A DNA stretch of 42,595 nt from a virus: IMG/VR virus record IMGVR_UViG_3300045988_092738, one strand, 5' to 3'. Positions 7,173 through 13,142 of the stretch are shown here, one piece after another; within the stretch, counting starts at the first letter, position 1; each line of letters begins with the position of its first letter. The notes under the pieces were generated by a model. That model saw only the letters and a program-made list of their open reading frames with translations. It had not been told where the DNA came from and ran no database searches. A program made the position numbers and the translations under genes.

Positions 7173-7661
7173 ATGTTGTGGTGGCAAACAATTTTGAGTT
7201 ATGTCATTCCCCTTGTGTCAGTCGCTCTATCTTATATCTTCGGTAGATATGAATCCCGCAAATCATACCTTTCTTCCGTGCAAAGAGAGCGGTATGACTC
7301 CTTTTATGTCCCTTTCATTAATAAGCTGTATGCCGGCATGATGTGGGATGTAGAATTTTCTTCTCTACCATTGAGTACCAGAGGCATGTTTTTTGATCTC
7401 ATCATGCACAATATTCAATTTATTGATGAAGAAACCGTCAAATTAATTCCCGGTTTCTATCATGCAATGTTGGATAACCTTGAACAAGAAGACGGAAGCA
7501 TATATCAGGTAGATAACGATACTGCACTTGATGAAATCTTCAACCAAATTGCATTGAGCATACTATCCCAAGCAAAAGTACTATCAAAAGAACTACGCTT
7601 ACCAGACATCGGAGCGTGCGCCGCAGCCAAGTTTTCTGAATCAGCCCAAAAGCCAAAATAA
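7173..7661 (+). CDS. N-terminally membrane-anchored protein (162 aa), co-transcribed with XRE regulator
   Basis: SD aaaggagg, 11-nt gap after 6943..7161. TM helix ILSYVIPLVSVALSYIF, rest predicted helical. Confidence 0.6.
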   Translation: MLWWQTILSYVIPLVSVALSYIFGRYESRKSYLSSVQRERYDSFYVPFINKLYAGMMWDVEFSSLPLSTRGMFFDLIMHNIQFIDEETVKLIPGFYHAMLDNLEQEDGSIYQVDNDTALDEIFNQIALSILSQAKVLSKELRLPDIGACAAAKFSESAQKPK

Positions 7662-7737
7662 TTACCGCAAGTATCACAGTCAATTGGCTTCCAAATGTTG
7701 CGAAAAAATTAGCAACATTCTCACTTAGGATGCACAT
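7540..7737 (-). CDS. Possible two-TM small membrane protein (65 aa)
   Basis: ATG 7737 with AAGGAGG 13 nt upstream (long spacing). Overlaps the 3' end of 7173..7661 by 122 nt. Confidence 0.3.
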   Translation of the reverse strand: MCILSENVANFFATFGSQLTVILAVIILAFGLIQKTWLRRTLRCLVSVVLLIVLLLGIVCSMQFG

Positions 7738-7745
7738 AATCCGTC

Positions 7746-7826
7746 TCAAACCTCCTTATTGCCCTGGCCGATTTCTTTCAGGTTCACAATATAGATTGCC
7801 TCCTGGTCCATCCATTCATTGCTCAT
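7746..7826 (-). CDS. Micro-ORF (26 aa) with N-terminus paralogous to 5977..6258
   Basis: AAGGAGGTGA 6 nt before the ATG. MSNEWMDQEAIYIVN versus MTQEWMDQDVIRIVN. Confidence 0.35.
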   Translation of the reverse strand: MSNEWMDQEAIYIVNLKEIGQGNKEV

Positions 7827-7840
7827 CTTGTTTCACCTCC

Positions 7841-8074
7841 TTAAATGCCTCTGGCATCCACCAGAGTTCTTGCTACCAAGTCTGTGTCATAACGGATTCT
7901 GCTTCCGACCATTGTGCCGGGCAGGGCGACCTGCGCAATCCACTCCTTTGTGTATTTCCGATTTTTGTAGCCAAGCTCAACTGTCAGATCTGCAACCGTC
8001 ATCATGCCGCCATATAGCTCGCGCAGAATGTCCCGTTTTTCTTTGACGGCTTTTGTGTAAACCGGCGATCTCAT
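7841..8074 (-). CDS. Small DNA-binding-like protein (77 aa; excisionase/wHTH-like)
   Basis: ATG 8074 with AAGGAG 8 nt upstream. MTVADLTVELGYKNRKYTKEWIAQ...GSRIRYDTDLV resembles Xis/AlpA-type HTH. Confidence 0.4.
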   Translation of the reverse strand: MRSPVYTKAVKEKRDILRELYGGMMTVADLTVELGYKNRKYTKEWIAQVALPGTMVGSRIRYDTDLVARTLVDARGI

Positions 8075-8095
8075 AACTCTCACTCCTTCTTGAGA

Positions 8096-8124
8096 TTGTC
8101 ACTTTTTTATTAATTTGATAAAAT
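8096..8124 (+). promoter_or_regulatory. Promoter TTGTCA-17-TAAAAT for 8147..8527
   Basis: ttgtca 8096-8101, 17-nt spacer, taaaat 8119-8124, SD aaggagg 8133-8139. Confidence 0.55.
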
Positions 8125-8146
8125 GGCCTCATAAGGAGGCAGTTTT

Positions 8147-8527
8147 ATGGATTATCCCATTATGAATAGCACCATAAAAATCCTAAAGTTTATCAACCGG
8201 CACGAAAATTGTACATTCGCAAAAATAAAATCAGAGTTCCCAGATATTGATTCCATGGAACTGGTCAATCTGGCGCTCACCAACTATCTGCTTTGTACAA
8301 GGCCGGAAGAACTACCAACGCAGTTTCAAAACGGGAACTTTTCAATTCCAGACAATTCCAAGTTTTGGGCAACGCCACACACAACCAAGCTGCTGGAAGA
8401 CCGCCGCCGGGAATGGCTTCAATGGGTCATTCCAAATGTGATAGCAGGGGTCGCCCTTATCCTCAGCATCATTACATTGTTGCTAACACAAGTGCCACAA
8501 GTGATAGAAGTACAGATATTGCCGTGA
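8147..8527 (+). CDS. Membrane-anchored protein (126 aa; wHTH-like N-domain, C-terminal TM)
   Basis: Own promoter and SD. C-terminal VIPNVIAGVALILSIITLLL. Same architecture as 286..642. Confidence 0.6.
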   Translation: MDYPIMNSTIKILKFINRHENCTFAKIKSEFPDIDSMELVNLALTNYLLCTRPEELPTQFQNGNFSIPDNSKFWATPHTTKLLEDRRREWLQWVIPNVIAGVALILSIITLLLTQVPQVIEVQILP

Positions 8528-8660
8528 GCACATAGCAGAATCCAAGCCGTTGTCTAAGACTCTCGTTTACATCCATAAGTGCCTGCATTTGTTTCATCGT
8601 CCACTCGCCGGAGAATACCCAAGTATCTCCGACCTGAACGGCGGGCTCTTTGTTGTTCAT
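8472..8660 (-). CDS. Small tail-anchored membrane protein (62 aa)
   Basis: ATG 8660 with AAAGGAGGG 8 nt upstream. C-terminal FCYVLTAISVLLSLVALVLA. Overlaps 8147..8527 by 56 nt. Confidence 0.5.
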   Translation of the reverse strand: MNNKEPAVQVGDTWVFSGEWTMKQMQALMDVNESLRQRLGFCYVLTAISVLLSLVALVLATM

Positions 8661-8771
8661 CTCATCGCCCTCCTTTCTGCTCTTCCCTGTTATATATCCT
8701 GTTTATTGGACATCATCATGCGCACCTGGCTTCTGTCCCGGCAAACAACTTATTTCCGTTTGTAAACTAGA

Positions 8772-8800
8772 TTGAACATCCTCGCATTTTGCGATAAAAT
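8772..8800 (+). promoter_or_regulatory. Promoter TTGAAC-17-TAAAAT for 8820..9206
   Basis: ttgaac 8772-8777, 17-nt spacer, taaaat 8795-8800, SD agaggtga. Confidence 0.5.
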
Positions 8801-8819
8801 CTCTGCAAGAGGTGATTTT

Positions 8820-9206
8820 ATGACAACAGAAGTTTTGTCCGGTCTGTTCTCTCTCGTTGGAATTGTTTTCTCCGGCGTTCTTTCTTTTCTTGTCGCCAAG
8901 TCCAGTGCGTCAAAGGAAATTGATAAACTAAAATTGACCTGGAAGCGAGAGGATGTTGTTTCTTCTGAAGCTGACTTTTCAGAAATGGTTTCTTCTGTCG
9001 CTGTCTACGCAAAGACCCTTAGCATAGACGATATGAATACCGCAACGAAGTGGGTAGCGAAGATCAGGGCGCAGGGAAGCGGGGCGCTTGGAGACTTGCT
9101 GGACGGCTTGTATAACCAGCTTCGAGACCCTATTGTCTTTGAACTGGAAGATACCCTATCCGAAATAATCAAGGAAAAGCGTCAACGCAAGAACAAACAA
9201 GATTGA
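8820..9206 (+). CDS. N-terminally membrane-anchored protein (128 aa)
   Basis: Internal ATG MTTEVLSGLFSLVGIVFSGVLSFLVA after the SD. Helical, charged C-domain. Confidence 0.6.
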   Translation: MTTEVLSGLFSLVGIVFSGVLSFLVAKSSASKEIDKLKLTWKREDVVSSEADFSEMVSSVAVYAKTLSIDDMNTATKWVAKIRAQGSGALGDLLDGLYNQLRDPIVFELEDTLSEIIKEKRQRKNKQD

Positions 9207-9347
9207 CAGCACTGATATGGCCCAAGACTTCATGCACGCCTTCGCTTCTCGTTTCTCTTGAAACTTGAAGTATTCCAAGAGAGCAATGGGAATTAACCCA
9301 AGAGAAACATAGCCGATTGCTAATAAACAACCGTAGATATGTGTCAC
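9156..9347 (-). CDS. Small two-TM membrane protein (63 aa)
   Basis: GTG start preceded by AAAGGAG. CLLAIGYVSLGLIPIALL and WAISVLSILFVLALTLF. Overlaps 8820..9206 by 51 nt. Confidence 0.45.
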   Translation of the reverse strand: MTHIYGCLLAIGYVSLGLIPIALLEYFKFQEKREAKACMKSWAISVLSILFVLALTLFLDYFG

Positions 9348-9351
9348 CTCC

Positions 9352-9528
9352 TTATTCTCCTTTATTAGCCGCTGTCAATTTCTCCTTGTCGGCCATTGCT
9401 GCCACGCCCTCTGCGTAGCCAATCAAATAATCCAACTTGTTTTCAGGAAGCAGTTCACATGCTCGCGCCAAATTCTCGACAATTTCTTTCTCCCTGCTGT
9501 CCTTATTTTGATTATCAGAACTCCGCAT
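9352..9528 (-). CDS. Small soluble protein (58 aa)
   Basis: ATG 9528 with ggggtga SD. MRSSDNQNKDSREKEIVENLARACELLPENKLDYLIGYAEGVAAMADKEKL. Below the 60-aa ORF-track cutoff. Confidence 0.45.
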   Translation of the reverse strand: MRSSDNQNKDSREKEIVENLARACELLPENKLDYLIGYAEGVAAMADKEKLTAANKGE

Positions 9529-9685
9529 TTTATCACCCCCTATCTCAATTTCTCCAATGCCGCACCAGGTAGATGATGACTACCACGCTAAAAACCAGGT
9601 TCACAACATTGAATAAAATATCCATACTTGACAATGAACCAATCAAAGACTATCCTGATAAGGGAAGGGGCTTTCGCCCCGTTCC

Positions 9686-9805
9686 CTACTCGGTTAGCCT
9701 GACGATTAAATCCGTCAGGGCTTTAACCAAGTTTAGGATTGCGGTGATAAAGACGATGGCTTGGAGTGCTTTGTCTTTATCGCCGCTTTTCTTTGACTGG
9801 CTCAT
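9686..9805 (-). CDS. 39-aa peptide with charged N-region and hydrophobic core
   Basis: ATG 9805 with AAGGGGGTGA SD. MSQSKKSGDKDKALQAIVFITAILNLVKALTDLIVRLTE. Stem-loop (ggggc/gcccc plus gggaa/ttccc) at 9661-9686 overlaps the stop. Confidence 0.45.
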   Translation of the reverse strand: MSQSKKSGDKDKALQAIVFITAILNLVKALTDLIVRLTE

Positions 9806-9836
9806 TTTGTTCACCCCCTTTGTTGATTACAAGACC

Positions 9837-9865
9837 ATTATAAGTCTTTAAACAACTTTTGTCAA
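9837..9865 (-). promoter_or_regulatory. Consensus promoter TTGACA-17-TATAAT (leftward)
   Basis: Minus strand: ttgaca (9865..9860), 17-nt spacer, tataat (9842..9837). Confidence 0.65.
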
Positions 9866-9898
9866 GTTATTATTGTTGATTTGATAAACAATTTTAAG

Positions 9899-9927
9899 TT
9901 GACTTTTTTTATTGATTGCCCTATAAT
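9899..9927 (+). promoter_or_regulatory. Promoter TTGACT-17-TATAAT (rightward) for repressor gene
   Basis: ttgact 9899-9904, 17-nt spacer, tataat 9922-9927, SD ggaggtgg, ATG 9951. Confidence 0.65.
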
Positions 9928-9950
9928 AGGTTCATCGAGACGGAGGTGGA

Positions 9951-10334
9951 ATGGTGAATATTGGAGAAAGAATAAAGGATATTCGGAAATCAAAAAAAAT
10001 GACTCAGCAAGCGCTTGCTGATGCAATTGGCCTTAAAAGGAACACTATCGCCAATTATGAAATAGGAAATATTGTTCCAAGTGACAGAACCATTTCGGAC
10101 ATCTGCCGCGTATTTGGTGTAAGCGAGACATGGCTGCGAACCGGCGAGGGAGAAATGCTTGTCCCAGTTACGCGCGATGAGCAAATAGCAGCCTTTATGG
10201 GTGATCTCCTCAGTGGTACGCCAGACTTCCGGTGCAGATTGATTGCTGTATTGGCTCGCTTGTCAAAGGAAGAATGGAAAATGCTCGAAAAAATTGCAAA
10301 TATGCTATTAGAAGAAGAAAAAGCGGGCCAGTAA
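9951..10334 (+). CDS. CI-like XRE-family repressor (127 aa)
   Basis: IGERIKDIRKSKKMTQQALADAIGLKRNTIANYEIGNIVPSDRTISDICRVFGVSETWL HTH plus a ~60-aa C-terminal domain. Confidence 0.8.
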   Translation: MVNIGERIKDIRKSKKMTQQALADAIGLKRNTIANYEIGNIVPSDRTISDICRVFGVSETWLRTGEGEMLVPVTRDEQIAAFMGDLLSGTPDFRCRLIAVLARLSKEEWKMLEKIANMLLEEEKAGQ

Positions 10335-10345
10335 CCCGGCCCGCT
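10322..10345. terminator. Shared hairpin between convergent genes (better terminator on minus strand)
   Basis: gcgggcc-8 nt-ggcccgc. The minus strand reads hairpin then tttttcttcttc. The repressor stop lies in the loop. Confidence 0.5.
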
Positions 10346-10350
10346 GGATG

Positions 10351-10455
10351 CTATTCTCTTTTGCTAAGTTTCGTCACGAAGAAATATACGCACCTTAATT
10401 TTTCTTCTGGTAAAAGCTTAATTGTTTGTATAATTTGTTTCAACAGCGTGCTCAT
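10351..10455 (-). CDS. 34-aa small protein
   Basis: ATG 10455 with ggaggga SD. MSTLLKQIIQTIKLLPEEKLRCVYFFVTKLSKRE. Followed by the hairpin at 10322-10345. Confidence 0.4.
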   Translation of the reverse strand: MSTLLKQIIQTIKLLPEEKLRCVYFFVTKLSKRE

Positions 10456-10489
10456 TTCCATCCCTCCAGATATGTATGCAGTAGATCAT

Positions 10490-10550
10490 AGTGTTGTCAA
10501 CGACAACACTCCGCGCATGAGATCCTATTTATATTCTATCTCATGCGCGG
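10490..10550. promoter_or_regulatory. Two abutting perfect palindromes (9-bp arms, then 13-bp arms)
   Basis: agtgttgtc-aac-gacaacact (10490-10510) then ccgcgcatgagat-14 nt-atctcatgcgcgg (10511-10550). The first overlaps a minus-strand TTGACA. Confidence 0.5.
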
Positions 10551-10802
10551 CTGCACTGAATCGATATAAGGATTATATTAGAATGTATGTTCGATAGTTT
10601 GGACATAAAAAATTTTAATGTCCTATGCTGGTATACATTCGGAAATCTGGCGGCGGAATTGTATTTTTAAGTTTTCAACCGTTCAGGCGGTAAAATAGAG
10701 AGAAAAGGAAGCGAGAATATTCATTTAATTCGTGTATGCAGCACAAATTTCGACCGCCAAAAAATGTATGTGGTCTACAAAACACTATGAGGAGGGCGCT
10801 TT

Positions 10803-11075
10803 ATGATGTATCCATTTATGACACTGGACGATAATACCGAAATCGTTCATTCCGAGATGCAGCCTGACGGTACTGTCAAAGTGTATATGGAGCAGCCAGA
10901 TGCGCAGACTGGATTTCGTCATGCAACTTGCTATTTGCCCAGCTATCGTTGGGAGGACATTTCCGGTTTCTCTGATCAGGAAATTGCACGCTATCAGGAG
11001 GTGATCGAATCCACAGCACACCTGATTCTGCAGTTCTCACAGGAGGGTGGATTCGAGCATGCCGCAAGTCTTTAA
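10803..11075 (+). CDS. Hypothetical protein (90 aa) paired with DUF4160-like gene
   Basis: SD gaggaggg. MMYPFMTLDDNTEIVHSEMQPDGTVKVYMEQPD... Its 3' end overlaps the next gene. Confidence 0.55.
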   Translation: MMYPFMTLDDNTEIVHSEMQPDGTVKVYMEQPDAQTGFRHATCYLPSYRWEDISGFSDQEIARYQEVIESTAHLILQFSQEGGFEHAASL

Positions 11076-11337
11076 GGTTGGACCTTACTGGGTATACTTT
11101 TGGTCCAATGAAAATGATCCATTAGAACCGGTTCATGTCCATATTGCCTATGGCGCGCCCACTGCAAATGCGACAAAGGTCTGGATTACGCGCTCCGGGA
11201 AGTGCTATCTTTGCAATAACCAGTCCAAGATTCCCGAACGCACTTTGCGTAATATCATGCGAATCATTGAGGCACGCAGCGCAGAAGTAATACAAAAATG
11301 GCGTGATTATTTCGGTTCCGTAGATTTCTACTGTTAA
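11059..11337 (+). CDS. DUF4160-like protein (92 aa)
   Basis: MPQVFKVGPYWVYFWSNENDPLEPVHVHIAYG matches the DUF4160 N-terminal pattern (nEH.PpHvHv) from memory. Confidence 0.55.
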   Translation: MPQVFKVGPYWVYFWSNENDPLEPVHVHIAYGAPTANATKVWITRSGKCYLCNNQSKIPERTLRNIMRIIEARSAEVIQKWRDYFGSVDFYC

Positions 11338-11364
11338 TAAAAATCCCGCCCGTGCAGGCGAGGA

Positions 11365-11601
11365 ATGGGAGACAAATCCTTGAAAGATGACGAAAATATA
11401 AAAAATCTCCTGGACTATGCTGACCAGAATGTAAATCTCATGCGGGAAGTGCGCGAAATTTCAAACCGGATTGACAGAGTCCAGGAGGAAGCAAAACGAG
11501 ACGCAAAAGCAAATAAGTGGCTGCAAATTGCGACGCTCATTATCGCAATGCTATCATTGCTATCAACAGTAGTAATTGGAGTGATAGGGTTGCTAAGTTG
11601 A
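11365..11601 (+). CDS. Tail-anchored coiled-coil membrane protein (78 aa)
   Basis: Charged helical N-part, C-terminal WLQIATLIIAMLSLLSTVVIGVIGLL. Confidence 0.5.
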   Translation: MGDKSLKDDENIKNLLDYADQNVNLMREVREISNRIDRVQEEAKRDAKANKWLQIATLIIAMLSLLSTVVIGVIGLLS

Positions 11602-11635
11602 TAATCAGGGTGGCGATGACTAGATTCTGATTCAT
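11540..11635 (-). CDS. 31-aa hydrophobic peptide (type I toxin-like)
   Basis: ATG 11635 with AAGGAGG 8 nt upstream and its own promoter. MNQNLVIATLIINLATLSLQLLLLIAMIALR. Overlaps 11365..11601 by 62 nt. Confidence 0.45.
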   Translation of the reverse strand: MNQNLVIATLIINLATLSLQLLLLIAMIALR

Positions 11636-11657
11636 ATTGTTCGCCTCCTTTCCCTTA

Positions 11658-11686
11658 ATTGTATCATATGTTACAATCTTACGCAA
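11658..11686 (-). promoter_or_regulatory. Promoter TTGCGT-17-TACAAT for the 31-aa peptide gene
   Basis: Minus strand: ttgcgt (11686..11681), 17-nt spacer, tacaat (11663..11658). Confidence 0.5.
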
Positions 11687-11687
11687 G

Positions 11688-11723
11688 AAAAAAACCGCTC
11701 TGGTGTTGGTAGCACCAGAGCGG
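11688..11723 (-). terminator. Intrinsic terminator, minus-strand oriented
   Basis: ccgctctggtg-7 nt-caccagagcgg (11 bp), followed on the minus strand by U7. Confidence 0.7.
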
Positions 11724-11727
11724 GCAC

Positions 11728-11763
11728 GGGGCAAAGAAAATCTTGGAGGAGCTTCTTTGCCCC
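11728..11763 (+). promoter_or_regulatory. 11-bp stem-loop 30 nt upstream of the integrase start
   Basis: ggggcaaagaa-14 nt-ttctttgcccc, then palindrome catcat-tataac-atgatg and SD gggagg. Confidence 0.4.
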
Positions 11764-11793
11764 ATCATTATAACATGATGGGAGGAAAATGCA

Positions 11794-12879
11794 ATGGCAG
11801 AATATAAGTATGTGCGAAAAACCATTCGATACGGCGGGAAACGCTATGAAGTCACCGGCAAGACAGAGCGGGAAGCTTTGGAAAAGCTGGCGGAGCTCAA
11901 ATCAAAGCTAAAACGCGGCGAGCTGACGGTTGGAGAAAATATGACGGTAGATGCCTGGTATAGAGAATGGAAAGCACTGTACAAGGAACCAAGTGGAATT
12001 ACAGATAAAAGTCTTGGCATGTACGATGAAAAATACTATAAATATATTAAGCCACGAATTGGAAATCTAAAGCTGAAAGATGTACGGGATGTTCACTTGC
12101 AGCGGATTCTCAATGAGCAAGCCGGTATGTCATATTCTCATGTCAAAAAATTGTTGGGCGTCATCACACAGTTATTCAGCAGGGCGAGAAAGAGTCACAT
12201 GATTGCATACGATCCATCGGAGGATTTGTCTATTCCAGACGCGTCAAAAGGTCATCGGCGCTCAATTACGGATATAGAACGATCCGCAATACTAGCTGTC
12301 GCGAAAACACACCCCTCCGGTCTCTGGATTTTGACGATGCTCTATACTGGCATGCGCCCAGGGGAAACTGCGGCACTTCAGTGGAAAGATATAGATTTCA
12401 AAAAGAATGAAATTCATGTACATGCTGCCAAAGAGAGCGGGAGCAGGAATATAAAGGGCCCAAAGACTCTCGCCGGTGTACGGGATATTCCAATACATGC
12501 ATCACTTCGTCCACTCCTGCTCAAAAAAAAGGGCGATCCTTTCGCCCCGGTATTTCCGACGAGAGAAAATAATTTTCAAAATGAAAACAGTCTGCGCCGG
12601 TTGTGGAGTTCCTTTAAACGCGATTTAGACATCTATATGGGTGCGACTGTATATCGGAATCAAATCACAAAGTCAGTTGTAGCAGATGATCTCGTCCCAT
12701 ATTGTCTGCGCCACACATTCTGTACGGATCTACAAAAGAAAGGTATCCCGATTAATGTCGCTAAAGAGTTGATGGGGCACGCGGATATTTCAACTACAGC
12801 AAATATCTATACGCACAGAGACAATGAACTGCTGCACAATGAGATGGCAAAGCTGGATGGGACATTGAAAATCTCCTGA
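11794..12879 (+). CDS. int: Tyrosine recombinase / phage integrase
   Basis: 361 aa. Catalytic pattern TGMRPGE (R), LRHTFCT (HxxR), MGHADISTTANIYTH (H..Y). Lies adjacent to attP. Confidence 0.95.
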   Translation: MAEYKYVRKTIRYGGKRYEVTGKTEREALEKLAELKSKLKRGELTVGENMTVDAWYREWKALYKEPSGITDKSLGMYDEKYYKYIKPRIGNLKLKDVRDVHLQRILNEQAGMSYSHVKKLLGVITQLFSRARKSHMIAYDPSEDLSIPDASKGHRRSITDIERSAILAVAKTHPSGLWILTMLYTGMRPGETAALQWKDIDFKKNEIHVHAAKESGSRNIKGPKTLAGVRDIPIHASLRPLLLKKKGDPFAPVFPTRENNFQNENSLRRLWSSFKRDLDIYMGATVYRNQITKSVVADDLVPYCLRHTFCTDLQKKGIPINVAKELMGHADISTTANIYTHRDNELLHNEMAKLDGTLKIS

Positions 12880-12880
12880 T

Positions 12881-12905
12881 TTTTTCCACCACTTTTTCCA
12901 CCACC
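12881..12905. repeat. Arm-type repeat block 1 (2 x TTCCACCA, 12-nt period)
   Basis: tttttccaccactttttccaccacc, near-identical to 13117-13140. Confidence 0.7.
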
Positions 12906-12912
12906 AAACAAT

Positions 12913-12936
12913 CTAAAATGACCTAAAATGACCTAG
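12913..12936. repeat. 10-nt tandem repeat ctaaaatgac x2.4
   Basis: ctaaaatgac ctaaaatgac ctag, between int and the att core. Confidence 0.8.
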
Positions 12937-12951
12937 CTTTAAATACACAAT

Positions 12952-13008
12952 CATAAAAAGGAAAATCCCCTGGAACCATTGGAAAATCAATGATTTCAGG
13001 GGATTTTC
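12952..13008 (-). terminator. Intrinsic terminator following the tRNA fragment (minus strand)
   Basis: gaaaatcccctg / caggggattttc perfect 12-bp stem (15 bp with extension), followed on the minus strand by cuuuuua. Confidence 0.65.
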
Positions 13009-13011
13009 AGT

Positions 13012-13060
13012 TGGCACGCCGGAAGGGATTCGAACCCCCAACCCTCGGAACCGGAATCCG
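13012..13060 (-). other. attP core: 3' portion (anticodon arm to CCA) of a tRNA-Arg(CCG)-like gene
   Basis: Minus strand: cgga-TTCCGGT-tccg anticodon arm (CCG), GGGGG-TTCGAAT-CCCTT T-arm, CCGGCGT acceptor, G, CCA. No D-arm or 5' acceptor upstream. Confidence 0.7.
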
Positions 13061-13116
13061 TAAAGAAAATTCCCGCTTTCTACTGTAATTACAGCATTAT
13101 TTTTTGTTATTATATC

Positions 13117-13140
13117 TTTTTTCCACCACTTTTCCCACCA
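13117..13140. repeat. Arm-type repeat block 2
   Basis: ttttttccaccacttttcccacca, a direct repeat of 12881-12905 on the other side of the att core. Confidence 0.7.
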
Positions 13141-13142
13141 TG

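Noticed and set aside
8113-8122. 10-mer atttgataaa shared by the 8147 promoter and the 9.9-kb switch (9879-9888) as a possible common operator
   Set aside because: In a 42-kb AT-rich-containing sequence, hundreds of chance 10-mer repeats are expected. There is no dyad symmetry or positional support.
9573-9851. 92-aa plus-strand ORF opposite the 39-aa peptide gene
   Set aside because: No SD and no promoter. It runs through the minus-strand consensus promoter and peptide gene, and the minus-strand reading has far better signals.
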